Origin: Selaginella moellendorffii
Lineage: Eukaryota > Plantae > Lycopodiophyta
Assembly: GCF_000143415.4 (NCBI RefSeq)
Contig: NW_003314288.1
Location: 696,642-760,641 of the forward strand
Reading direction: 5' to 3'
Length of the DNA stretch: 64,000 nt
A program made the translations under genes and the position numbers. This document shows positions 33,997 through 46,629 of the stretch, piece by piece; position 1 is the first letter of the stretch; each line of letters opens with the position of its first letter. A model generated the notes under the pieces. The model had not been told where the DNA came from. It was given only the letters and a program-made list of their open reading frames with translations, and did not search any database.

Positions 33997-36344
33997 GCAA
34001 CTGCATTTGAGGTGAAAAGGCTACTGATTCCCGGAAAGCAGAAAGAGGCTTTACGGGCTGCCCAAGACGGGCAACTTTGGGGATGTGCTCTTCTTATGGC
34101 CCGGCAGCTGGGAGAGAAGGTACCTAGTCTTGTAGAGACCGTTAGTGATGGTCTTGTGGTTTTTAATAGTTCTACACACTATAGTGGAGATGGCTCAACG
34201 TCAGTTTCAACCCTCCGGACTCTAACTCTTCTTTATGCTGGTCAACATGCTGGAGTGTTCGTAGGGAACACTAATTCGTCGAACGTAACAGCGCTTCAAC
34301 CTCAACCGGTTCCAGCGTCCGCTGTAGATGGTGCAACACAGGTGAAATACTTTTATCAAGCTGCTCTCTTGCTTAAGGAGTGCATGTTGACTTGCAGGAC
34401 GCAGTAGAAGGAATGCTCGAAGAATGGCAGGAAAACCTGGCTATAATGGCAGTTAACCGAACTAATGGGGACGAGAGAGTGGTTATGCATCTTGGTGATT
34501 GTCGCTGGAGACATCGAGATGAGGTATATACACGGTCACACGTTGATGTTTCTCATAGTTTTAACTTGCAGATATGTGGAGCCCATATTTGCTATCGTGT
34601 TCCAAATGCTAGTTTTGAGCCTTTCTCTACTTCTGCCAGACTTTGTCTTATAGCTGCCGACCATTGTTTCCACGCACGTACGCTAGTCCAGAAGCTATCC
34701 AGGTAAGCCGTGTTTGTCCTCAATAACAATTGTTAACCTTTTCTTCATCAGCGAATGGAAGTGTACGAATTTGCAAGAATGACCAGCAATTCCCAGTTTA
34801 TTTTACTTCCTTTTCAGCCATACAAGCTTATTTATGCGTCGATGCTTGCTGAAGCTGGAAAGATAAACGAAGCTTTAAGGTTGGTAGTGTGTATCCTTAA
34901 GGTTTCTCTTTGAAAACAGTGGGCCATGCAGCTGATGTGTGCAAAGAAGCGGCTGTAGCCTTGGAAGAGCGTCTTCGTATCCACTCTCAGGTTTGTAAGC
35001 AGGCACTCGGCTTTTATACTCACTTTCCTGTTATCCAGGGAGGCTCGACGTCAATTGTGCAACGGTTTTTTGGCAATATTGGTCTACACAAGATGATAGG
35101 CCCTTCGCCCCCGAAAGCTTCCGATAATGCTGATATTAATAACCGTCCCGCAACAGCTTCTAGCAAAAGCAGTGTATCACTTGCCTCGTCAGCATCAATG
35201 GAACCCATAAGTGATAACACGAGAAGATCCAAGAAGCATTTCTGAGACTGAGTTTAGGCCTGCACAGGTAACTCGACTTGCTCTTGTGTACCTTCGATTA
35301 AGACTTGTATTCTTTCATCAGATCGTTAGTCCAGCGAAAGGAATGCCAAACAGAGGCGTCTTTACTTCTTTCGTGCAAAGAGCGATGGGCTTCATAAAAA
35401 CACCATCGAAGGAGGTTTGTAGAAGCTTTGGAAAGAGCGCTAGCTGATTGATGGTCGGGTATGTGATGCAGGCAAAGCTTGGCGACAGCAACAAGTTTAG
35501 ATACGACGAGACACTGAAGCGCTGGGTTGAAGAAGGAGCCGAGGCACAAGCGCCAGACCTTCCGTTGGCTCCTCCTCCCACGGCAAACAAGCTCGTCTCG
35601 CGCGTGGAGGAGAACGGCGCTCCTATTTCCATGTCTCCAGAGAGACCACAGCCAACTCCAGAAAGGCCGCAACCGGTTGTGAGTGGAATCCCACCAATGC
35701 CTCCGAGCAGTAACCAGTATGCAGCTCGCACACGTCAAAACGTTAGATCAAGGTACCGTTTTGGTCATTCCCAGCACTCCAATCTCACGAGGTTTTTGCA
35801 GATATGTCGATACATTCAACAAAGGTAGCGTAACACCATCCAAGACATCATCGGACTCTCCTCCACTGTTTGGCGTGGTGCCAAAGGCAAGCGCAAAGCC
35901 TTTGGCTCCAGCGAGATTTTTCGTGCCTGCGGCCGCTGCTGCCGCTGCTCCAGATATCATCAACAGCAACCATTCGGTGGATCCTTCCTCGGCACCAGAC
36001 TTTGTCTCGACACGGCGTTCTCAAACGGGAATGGAGCATTCGCTCAGCCGGTTGTACAGGATATGAGAAACGATCCGGGGCCAACGCCTGATCATCTCTC
36101 GAGCAGCTCTTCGCCAGCAATGTTCTATTCGAATCACTATCCAGCAGCACCGTCGACCGTCTCGTTGCCGCCACCTCCAGCTCTGGAAGTCACTCCGCCA
36201 GTGATGGTCGAGCAGCAGCAGCAAAACCAACACCAGGAAAGTTCGATTCATCGGCACCACCATCAACAGTCCGGCACAGTGGGATTCGAAGCTGCCAGTT
36301 CCTCCGGAGTGTTTGGAGACGACTTGCAAGAGGTGGAATTGTAA
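33997..36344 (+). pseudogene. SEC16: 5'-truncated SEC16 (COPII scaffold) homologue, multi-exon
   Basis: EALRAAQDGQLWGCALLMA, WQENLAIMAVNRT, HLGDC, LPFQPYKLIYASMLAEAG, AKLGDSNKFRYDETLKRWVEEG, RSRYVDTFN, C-terminal DDLQEVEL*. N-terminal half absent, frameshifts present. Confidence 0.85.
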
Positions 36345-36575
36345 ATCACACTCCACAAGTAAGTAGTGTTGCTGGGTGGATTTTGGTAGAGCAGTGTAGC
36401 GAGGTAGTAGTCGTGGAAGGAGGAATTTTTTTTGGCTGGGGTGATTCTTTGGAGCCACGAGCGAAGCGAGAAAGCTCCTTAAAGTTGCTAGAGAAAGGAA
36501 ACTCTTTACTGTGTAACAAATAAAAGCAAAGGCCTTGTGATGAATATACCTCGAATAATCTCCCGGATTTAAAAT

Positions 36576-37991
36576 ATGGCGCGCGTAGCTCCCAAGGCGT
36601 CTTGGTGGGATAAAACGCTGGTTATCTACGCGCGGTGTGGGCATTTGGAGGAATCGAGAAGGATCTTTGATGCATTGCCGGCCAAGAACATCGCGTCGTG
36701 GACGGCGCTCGCGACCGCGTATGCCGAGAGTGGGCATCCGGGGGAGGCCAAGGCAGCGTTCGATCGAATGGCGGTGTGGGACGTAGTTTCCTCCACTGCG
36801 ATGGTCAAGGCGCTGGGCGATTGCGGGCGGATTGGATCGAGCAAGGCGGTGTTTGATACGATGCCCGAAAGGAACTGCAAGACGTGGGCGACGCTGCTGC
36901 GGGGATTTGCTCGGGGCGGAGAGATTGGGCGAGCGAGAGAGGTGCTGGATCGGATGCCCGAGACGAATGTGGTAGCGTGGACGATCCTCGTGCAGGGTTT
37001 CGCGCAGCGCGGGCGAGTGGGCGATGCGAAGGCCGCGTTTGATTCCATGCCCGAGAAGAACAGCATCACTCGCGCGGTGATACTCGTCATGTTTGCGGAG
37101 AATGGATTCATGGAGGAGGCGGAGGATGTCTTCCAGGAGATTGTCCACCGAAACGCGATCCTCTGGGGGGCGATGCACTGCTGCTATGCCCAAAATGGGG
37201 ATTTAATTCAAGCCAAGAGTTTTTTTGATAGGATGCCTCATCACAGCGTACTTTCGTGGACGATTATGATCAAGTCATACGCGAAAAACGGTGATGCTGA
37301 TCAAGGAAAACAAATGTTTGAGGAAATGCCACACAGAGATCTTGTTTCATGGAACGCGATAATCGCTGTTTATGCCCAGAGAGGTCGTTTCAAAGAGGCG
37401 ATCCGGGCGTTTTCTTTGGTTTGCTGCTGGGATTCCTATTCATGGAACACAATTCTAGTGGTATATGCTCTAGATGCAAATATTCGTGATGCTAAGAAAT
37501 CGTTCGATGAGATGCCAACTTGGAACTTGGTCTCCTGGAACACGATTCTTGCAGCATATGCCCAGACCGGGCATGCGTATTCTGCGATCCAGCTCTTTTG
37601 GGCGATGTTTCTTCACGGCTTTGACCCCGACAAGGCAGCGTTTGCCATCGTTTTGTCGGCGTGTAGCCATCTGGGGCTCGTCAAGGAAGCAGTAAGCTAC
37701 TTCACGGCAATGAGCTTTGACAATGGATTGGATCCTTCGCAAGACCACTACACCTGCATTGTTGATGCTCTCGGACGACTAGGGCGATTGAAAGAGGCCG
37801 AGGATGTCCTGGAGAATATGCCTTTGCCAGCAGATGGAGTTGCATGGGCAACGTTTCTTACCGCGTGCAAAAACCACGGGGAGATGAATCGAGGGATGCA
37901 TGCTGCGGAATTTACGTGCCAGTCCAGCCTTGTGAGTGATGCATTGCCTTATGTGATGCTGGAAAAAATCTTCAGAGCAGTTCAGACTTGA
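36576..37991 (+). CDS. PLS/SS-rich PPR protein with E domain (no DYW)
   Basis: 471-aa ORF with tandem 31-aa S motifs (FDRMP...VSW), P2-L2-S2 (VLSACSHLGL, HYTCIVDALGRLG), E1 and truncated E2. Confidence 0.9.
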   Translation: MARVAPKASWWDKTLVIYARCGHLEESRRIFDALPAKNIASWTALATAYAESGHPGEAKAAFDRMAVWDVVSSTAMVKALGDCGRIGSSKAVFDTMPERNCKTWATLLRGFARGGEIGRAREVLDRMPETNVVAWTILVQGFAQRGRVGDAKAAFDSMPEKNSITRAVILVMFAENGFMEEAEDVFQEIVHRNAILWGAMHCCYAQNGDLIQAKSFFDRMPHHSVLSWTIMIKSYAKNGDADQGKQMFEEMPHRDLVSWNAIIAVYAQRGRFKEAIRAFSLVCCWDSYSWNTILVVYALDANIRDAKKSFDEMPTWNLVSWNTILAAYAQTGHAYSAIQLFWAMFLHGFDPDKAAFAIVLSACSHLGLVKEAVSYFTAMSFDNGLDPSQDHYTCIVDALGRLGRLKEAEDVLENMPLPADGVAWATFLTACKNHGEMNRGMHAAEFTCQSSLVSDALPYVMLEKIFRAVQT

Positions 37992-39429
37992 TTCTTCACT
38001 GTTTTGATGTGTTGACCCAAACATCGATCGTTGATATCCAGCAATTCCTCGACCCGCCCCATCCCCCATGGATGGAGAGCGGGACGCACAGAGATTGGGC
38101 ATAGGAGAGTCTTCAGAAATCTATCTGGAGTGTTAAGTGCAGTGGGTTTTCTATAGCCAGCAACGCAAGATCCAATGCTGCTGTTGTGAATTTGAGCAGC
38201 AGCACTGCGCTCCTCCTGCTCCACATCAGTGCCACCTCTCTGAGTTCCATATGTTATCATCTCCTCTGGGCCTCAGCCCATTCTTGATATTTACGAAGGC
38301 TCCATTGGATGTTGATACAGAGAATTAAATTTAAAGACAATTGGCCCACTTTTATGATGGGCTTAATCTATGTTGAATGGATTGCTCTTTGCAAAGCATG
38401 TATGCAAGGCGATTTTACAAGGAAATTTATCAAATCTTCTGCAAAGTCAATGCCATACCTGTCAAGAACCAAATCCTTGGAGAGCTTTAGGAATTAGTAT
38501 AGGGATATATAGGGATGCATAATGAAGGATAGTTAAGTAATTTGATGATGAGAAGTTTGACATGGCACAAGCAGAGTGTGCCTCTCAAGGCATCCAAATC
38601 TATGTTCTAGCTCCCATTTGGAAATAAGAAATATTACAAGTGCCATTTCCTACTCATCCATTCCCTTCGAAAACTTTCTTTCTATTCTGCAGGGTGGAGT
38701 TTTACATATAATGTTGTTGTCACAAATAATTATAAAGCAAGTATAAGGGAATATTGCTTCTTCAATGGCAACTAGCACTTTGTAAAATGTTTTGTGACCA
38801 ACTATTCCCTTCTCTTCCAATATCATGGAATATAAGTATATGAAAATTTTCAAAACTATCATGTTGGAGTACAATCTTAATCATTCTTAAACTCTTAGGA
38901 ATACTAGACTCAACTCTTCAGTTCCCTTTAATCTTTCAGTCTAGCATCATTCCAAATCCAGGATTGGTATTCAGATTTAGAATATTGCACTAGCCTTTTG
39001 AGACAAGTTGTTTTGAATCCTTAGGATCATCCTCTAGTGATTTCAATCTACATTGAGTTATAATTTAAATAGATTGCTACTTTGTCCTCTATGACATGCT
39101 AGATGGAGAAAAAGTGTTATATAAGATCATATTTTTTATGCACTCCCCAAGTATTCTTTACAATTCAAATATTTATTTTGATAGATTTTTTTTCTGCAGG
39201 CTATTTGCAAAAGAACACCAAACATCTGATTGCATAAATAGACGATGATGGTCACATTAGCTTATGGTTTCCAGACATGCAAATGATTCTTTCACAAGGT
39301 GTATGACCTATTTGCACACATATCATATTTTTATATTCTTTATTTTTCCACAATACCTATTTTTTATAGCTTCAGTTTTGAGTATTTCTTCAATGTAGGC
39401 ACTATATTTTTGGTTTTTTTAATAAACAC

Positions 39430-42262
39430 TACACATATGACTATCATAGTCAAATTGTGATGGCCACATCAGCAATTTGAAGTAACATTGCCTTAGTACA
39501 TGTCACCGTCACTATCATTTTTTTAACAGTGGCATTGTGACAGTGAAATCAATTTGAATGTTTTTCAAAACTAGCCCAGCTGGTTGACCACTATGAAACT
39601 TGCAATAGCAAGTTAAAATGCTAATGTGGTAGTTATTTCCTCCTGCCACTATTGCTGACATGTCAATTCATGGTTTTATGGTCTTGAGCAAAATGGGAGA
39701 GTAGCAGTTGAACGATTTGGAGATTGTGTTCTCCACTCAATGTCATCAAGAGTTTCTGTATGATGGTTCTCAATTCAGTAGGGGGAATTTTACTGCTCCC
39801 ACTCCACCGAAGCCTCTGAAACCAATTAAAAATTGAGGGCATTGGTCTTTAAATGAATTATTGGCTCTAAATGAAGCAAAGAAGCATAATTTCTTCTTAC
39901 AGTAGCAAGGTAGCATTCAGGAGAGGCACAAAACTACAAGCATTCATTGACAGTAAGTTTTGGATTTTTTAGACTTCCAGTCATTCACTAAGTTTTCAGC
40001 TATTGTTTGACACATGGTGTCAACCATTTGCTTGGCAATGCCAATCTCGTTAGGAGTATATCTACAAAGAGTTCAACAAAATCAAGTCATATGAATATCA
40101 TGTTCCTACTGGTAAAAGCAATATTGAAACATGACAATAGAGCAACATTGTGAAGCTGATTTACCACCAAAGTTCAATGATCAACTCTATGCAATGATGG
40201 ATAAGTGGCTTTAGGACTGTCAAACTGTAAATTCACAAAGACAAACTTAGGAATTAATGTCTTCACTACCTACATCCCAACAATCACTATTACCGACACC
40301 AAGAGCTTCAAAACAACAATCACTATTACCTCCATATGGAGAATCAGAGCTTAAAGGTATGTTTTGTAGTTTTTGTTTATAATCACTTTTGGCAATCATA
40401 GAAAACAACAATAATCCTGAAAAGCATAGTTCAGGCCGGCTAAGGAAGAAGTCCCACACGCAACTTGCAGAACAACTTGTGGGAGCATTATGTGAAAACA
40501 ATGTAAACCTCATTGATACAATGGAAAATAGCTAGAAGGAAATTTGTTGTCATAATCTGAAAAAGGAAGAATTCATGGAGTGTCCTCTGTTTGTGGATAG
40601 CCAAATGGTGAAAAGTGTGGATCAAATAGCTCAAGCCTTGTTTGCAATTGCTAATTCTTTGGTAAGTTAATTCATTTTCTTATTCATGAACTTCATTTTT
40701 GTAGTTTACAATGTCACTGATTACTAGCATTCCCATCTTGCATTGCCACTACCAATATCCTTGGATCGATTTCATCAATTTAGATAGAGCATTCTTGTTG
40801 GAAGGACATGAGTGTTCACGTAAAACTGTTTGTATCAGTTGTCTGGCAATAGAAACACAAATGGATCAGAGTTAGATTGAAAGGAAAGAAAGAACTTTGC
40901 AAGAGTAAGTACCAAGAATGCCACACTGCGAAATGACAATCTTTGTGTATGGTTGATTGAATCCCCTCTCAATGACCACTACTCAGGTATTGCCTATAAG
41001 CTTGGCATTGCTGTGAGGATTCAAGATGAGATTTTTCCCAAGGAACGAAGAGAAGAAAATACATATCGAAAGTAAAGATTGCTTGTGTTATCTTTGACCA
41101 CCCTAGTACTTGCAATCTTTTGGACAACATCCAGGCTTTCTATCACCTGCCCTACCACCGAATTCATTGGGAATTTTGAAGAATTCGTTGGGAAACCAAG
41201 TAGGATCCCAACTTCTAGTGATAGAACAGCTTCAATGGCCACAAGCTGCATTCCCTTGCGTCAACAGCCTCAAGCTGCATTTCCAAGCATCTTCTACAGT
41301 GCCATTCCAAATCATTTTCTTCCCTCTTCCTCTTGCTACCAAACGACTCAACACACAAAACCCCCTTTAATCATTTTAAAACCTTCCTTATGAGAAGAAT
41401 GGAAAACAAATATGAATGTTAGAATCAGACCAACATTGGCAGCAGCTGTGACTTTAAACTCATCATAGCCCCCCTCTCTCTGCTCTCAGCCAAGTTCCCT
41501 GCTGCACCTGCATTCAAGCCCTATACTGAAATCTCCAAATTAAAACCCTGAAAAATAAAACAAAACTTGAGTTTGTGAGCACACTAAAATAAATAAATTT
41601 GTGAGATTCACGTGGATTTGTTTAAGTCTACTACATAAGTAATGAGAATGTCTCTAACCTCCATAGCAGCACCATGAGGCTCCGGTCGCCAGCCTTGTGG
41701 TTGATTAGTCACTAGCTCAGCCTCAATGTCCATTTCCCCTATGTCACCTATACTAATAATGAAGTTATGCAGAATGTAAGCTATTTTTATGGCAGATGTT
41801 AGCTGAGTGATGATCTTAACTTTAACTAGCTTCTTAAACATCCTTTAATGACCTTTAAGCAATCCAAAACTTCTCTCACATACCATCCTCAAAGACGACA
41901 AGTAAAAGTTGAATGCTTCCCTCAATTTAGTTCCATTTGCATTTGGAAATGGTCCAACCATGGAAGCTTGTAATATCCTGAGTCTCCAATGATATACTCC
42001 CGAAAGTGGTATTGGCCTCTTGAGACTGTTGGTCCGTTAAGAATTTCACCTGATTGAGCTCTTTTGTAGAATGAACTCTTCCTCAAAATAGTTATGTCAT
42101 TGCCACTCCCAGGATCTCCAACTCAAATATCCAAGAACTTTGCTTCATTATCAATGATTGCTTGCATGACAATTGAGTTATTTTTGTCCTTGTTGTAATA
42201 ATCACTTGCAAAAGTGTTTCCAGGAAGTTCAATTTCAAAATATATGCAGTCAATTGCACCAT
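39430..42262. mobile_element. Degenerate PIF/Harbinger element: Myb/SANT-trihelix ORF (+, about 39830-40670) and DDE transposase (-, about 41640-42262)
   Basis: Minus strand: GAIDC.YFEI.LP...DYYNK...SIVMQAIID...FLDI.VG.PGSGND, YIIGDSGY.KLPW, ILHNF. Plus strand: QCQSR*EYIYKEFNKIKSYE...LPPKF...LYAMMDKWL. Boundaries are approximate. Confidence 0.75.
40905..41210 (-). pseudogene. C-terminal fragment of a chloroplast cyclophilin (CYP26-2-like), two exons
   Basis: VVGQVIESLDVVQKIASTRVVKDNTSNLYF, then an intron, then AKLIGN..VVVIERGFNQPYTKIVISQCG. Confidence 0.65.
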
Positions 42263-42265
42263 AGC

Positions 42266-42585
42266 ACTTTCCATGAGCTCAAAGGGTAGAGGGCTAGCTT
42301 TTGATTTTTTTTGGTTGTTCTCTAGGACCAATTTGTTAGGAGTGATGCAAAGAGATTGTTATTGATCAGGCTAGGGATTTCCAACCCAAAGCTATGTTTC
42401 TCATACTTGAAAAGTGTATCCATGAAATATATATATCCTCTTGTGGTTTCTCTTGTAAACAGAAGACGAGTGCCTAAGGTTGTACATATCGAAGTACAAA
42501 CCAAAGAAGCAGATCAATGGATCTCCCCATGACGCATCAATCAGCAGTCGAATGAGGTGAGTAGCACATACTTGATCCTCTTCTA
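42266..42585 (-). pseudogene. Duplicate 3' end of the alpha-L-fucosidase gene
   Basis: Near-identical to about 28898-29220. Confidence 0.88.
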
Positions 42586-42599
42586 GTTGATTTGCTTTG

Positions 42600-45500
42600 A
42601 AAAACAATTTTTGTCTAGATTTAAAACAAAGTCTTCCATAAATTAGCTATTATATGTTTGAAAAACTACTTAACATCATTTCATAAGTAAATTGATTTAC
42701 AATAGGCTATCATACACTAGACAATTTGACTTTTGTGTTGATTCCATTAGGCAATTTCATGAAATGGTCTCCACGCCTTGTTCAAATTAGTCTCTAGTGT
42801 TGATTTAGTTTGCCTAAATTTGCCAAGAGCAATAAACCATTTTTTCTAATTTCACAATTGTAGAGGTTAAGGATTGACAACCCTCTATATTCCTAATAGA
42901 AGTTGAATGGGGGAATTGGGGTAGACAAGATAAAAATGTTTATCAACAATCCATCACACCTATCAAAAAATACATTTTACTTATAGACCCAAACAAAAGT
43001 TGGTTGATCCCCATTCTGTATATCTAAGCAAAAGTATAAGAAAGAAAAAACTAAACTATCTTGTGTGCCTAACTAGGCCAGCGAATGATAAATTTAACAA
43101 AATTGCTTAAATAGTTCAACGAATTATCAAATGAAATACTTAATAATATTCTGCTCAAGGTATACAAAAGTTTGACCTCTTGTATTTTTATTATTGTTAA
43201 AGAAAGTGTGATAATACTTTATAGGTATACAGAATAAATAAAACTTATATCTGTAGAGTTACCTATAAAAAAAGAAAATAGGACTAAGATTCTTCCTAGA
43301 TAGAGAGATAATTTGCTTATCTGAACTAAATGCAAATCCTGAGTATTATAACTTGTAAAGGATTTATAAAACTTTGCCTACTAAACAATTGCTAAATTTT
43401 ATGCAATCTTTAAGCAAAAAGGCTATTGTGGGAACTTTAATGGTTCACAATAAAGCTTGGATACCCATAAGCAGAAATACACTTGGTGATAATTGGGTTA
43501 ATAAACGTTGGATCAATTCCAAATTTGAATTGGTAGGCAACAAAATTTTATGGAGTAAAAATCTTTTAAGGACCACATTTGAGCAAGATCTGAAAAATAA
43601 TATTTATTGCTCAAGAAAGTTTTGGGACTTTTGTATAAAAATTGTTCTAGGCATTTAGCCTTTAGAGGAAAGCAATCCTTATTTTGAAATTGGTTGAAAA
43701 GTTAGATACTTGCTCCTAAGAGTGGCTGATAGGCCAATTTATAAGAGGGATACATTGCATACCAAAACCCCATACCACTCACTCCACAAACGAAGCATAA
43801 TAATTAGGCTTGCCATAGTAGCAACACCAACAAACTTCAAAATATATAGGCATAGACTAAAAATTGAACTTATAAAGGTTTAAATGGCATAATCCTTATG
43901 TATAAAATTTTCACTATCTATACCAAACAAAGTAATAGATATACAATATTTCTTTCACAATCTAATGAGCAAAAGACAGTCTAAATAAAAGTATTCACAA
44001 AATCTAGAATGAAATTATAAAGCACTTGCTTGTGATATTTATGATTTTAACCTCCCTTCAGAAAAAACTAAATCATTGTTTAATCAAGCTAGAGAAAAAC
44101 TTGAAAGAGTGCGAGCTAAAAGTATATTAGGTACACCTCAATGAAGAGGAGATAAAAAATCTAAATACGACTTTGATGGTAATCTAGAATATATGAATTT
44201 ATACACTAATCCTCTTTGGTAGCATCAGCACATACAAAATACCTCTACTTTAATTGAGAATAGTGGAACACAAAACAACTAGAATAATTCCCCATAAGTA
44301 AAAGAAGCATAAAATTTACAACCCTTACCATTTGACGGTGATTTAGGTTTCCCTACAAACCAAACACTTGTTTTGCCTATACTATTTACAAAATAGAGCA
44401 TTTTCTGTCAAATTGCAATGAGAACAATTGGGAATTGCAGGAACAGTAATAAGCACTATCATTACATATCCATCCTTTCCTAAAATTAAAGGAGAGGACC
44501 CACAACTACATATAAAGCAATACGTAGAAGCAATTAAACTTAACTAAGCAGATAGGCAAGAAAAGAATTTTTTCCTCTATACGCTTAAAAACAAAGTCAA
44601 AAACTGGTACTATGACAATGATGTCAAAAATCGTGGCACATTTGATGAGTAGACAAAGTTTTTCCTAAAAGCTTTCTTCATGAAACAAACCCAAGCAAAA
44701 ACTATGATGAGTTGCAAAAACTTCATAAAAAAAAATCTAAGACAATGGAGAAATATACAACTTGATTTAACAAGTGTTATAAGTATTAGTGTTATAGACA
44801 AAATGCATCTATGCCTATATATATAGAGCCTCAAGAAAATTTATCATGAACATGCGATAAAGAGAGTTCATGCAAATTTCGATGATTTAAAAAAAGCCAT
44901 GATTGCCTACTAATATCTCATAAAATAATATAACATGGTAGATATAGTGAAGTTAGACAAAAAGACAACTTCTATAGACAAAAAAACTAGTCGTTTAAGG
45001 AGCCTCAAATTGCAAACCAATATCAAACAAGGGATTTAGTGTACTACGTGCAAAAATAAAGGCCATAGCAAAGAAGAATGCGAAGTTTAGCTGATCAAGT
45101 GCTAATTTTGTGAATAATAAAGATGTCAGCTAAGGAGTGTAAAACCTTGTTTAAACAACCAGGAGGCCAACAGGCAGCCCGAGTTAATAAAATAACATAT
45201 AGGCAAAGTTATCCATTTAACAATAAAAGTTAATAAAGGAGGAACAATTACAATGATAATCGAAGTGCCAAACATGAATACTCATATGCTAAAAGGCTAA
45301 ATGACCTTCGGGATTATCCACCTAGCTATGAGGAAAATAGGCCTAAAGACTATAATCGGCTTAAAGAATATGATTAACTCAAAAGGTATAATAAGCTTAA
45401 AGAATATGAAAAGCCAAAAAATTATGATCAAGCTAAGACTCCTACTCGCTATCCTATGCTATACAATCAAGTTGAATTATCAAACAAGAATGATAGACCT

Positions 45501-46620
45501 TATAAAGATGGACTTCCCGGGAGGTCACCCAGCCTAGCACTATTCAAACCCAAGGACGCTTAACCCCAAATATCCCAAGACCCTTAACCGATTGGAAAAG
45601 GGGGTGCACTCTTATTCATGGGCCCTTTCCCTCTATATTTGAACCCCATGGACCGTCTTTCGAGTCGTTCCCTTTGGTTGCTTACACCTTTTTTCATTAG
45701 GCTTTAATCATGACATAGATGTTAAGTAGTAAAAATCATCCTCAACTCTTAATGGCACCAAAAGAAAAATATCAATACAGAAATCACTCAACAATTCCAA
45801 GATTTGCAACTACAAGTCGATTTAGAGAATGATGATTCTAACACAAAGAGTCTCACACCTTTACAAGCTGACACAAATTTATCATTAACGCAAAAGGAAA
45901 ATCCTATACTAAAGCTAAATGGCAAGGATGAAAAGAAGGCAGTGAAAGGCACTTTGAATGTCAGAATTACACTCATTCTAAGCCAACTTTTCATTATAGC
46001 ACCTTACTTTAGAGTTATATTGCTCAAAAAGCTCTCGCCTAAGAAGGAAAAAACTTTAATCTCATCTATGGCTATTGTAATTGAGCTAAGAGATTATAAT
46101 GATGAAGTTTTTACAATTGATATAAAGATTGGTAAAAACTATTATATGGAACTCTTATTGATGGTGGGTCAAGCATAAATATTATAGAAAAGAGTATTTG
46201 CAAAGAATTAGGCTTAGGCCCAATTCAACCAGCCCCATTTAATATACAAATGGCTCATAACTAAAGTGTTAAACCCATTGGAATTATTAAAAATGTCTTA
46301 ACCAATGTGGTTGGACTAAAATACAAACTCAATTATGTCATGCTTAAAATAACACGACAAGATTATGCCTACAAAACTCTACTATGCAAACTTTGGCTAA
46401 AAATTACTTGCACAAACCCCCTAAAATTCAGCCAATTTTAGAAGTTGATCTTTATTCAATACTCAAAGGAATACCTAGACAAGAAACCCTTAAACCAGAA
46501 ATTAGTTTGGATATAAAAGATTTTTTCTTAAAGGAGGATTTGCCTATAAAATTGATCAACAAAGAAACCATGTTTCACATGTTTCTTGTGATCAACCACT
46601 TGAGCAAATCAATTTAGTAG
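42600..46620 (+). mobile_element. AT-rich, highly decayed gypsy gag/protease remnant
   Basis: PSFPKIKGEDP..HI gag start about 44470. CTTCKNKGHSKEEC knuckle about 45040. LIDGGSSINII protease about 46155. Confidence 0.6.
45501..45686 (-). mobile_element. Second Cassandra-like LTR with 5S rRNA-derived segment
   Basis: GACTTCCCGGGAGGTCACCCAGCCTAGCACTA...CCCAAGGACGCTTAAC at 45511-45564 is the reverse complement of the 5S internal control region. Ends GCTTACA. Homologous to 13184-13378. Left end and TSD unclear. Confidence 0.82.
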
Positions 46621-46629
46621 ATTAACAGC

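Noticed and set aside
36021-37193. 390-aa minus-strand ORF
   Set aside because: Antisense to the GC-rich PPR and SEC16 coding sequence, with no recognisable domain.
45511-45564. Genuine 5S rRNA gene (also 13202-13255)
   Set aside because: Only about 54 nt of the internal control region is present, embedded in an LTR-like unit. The 5S 5' part is absent.
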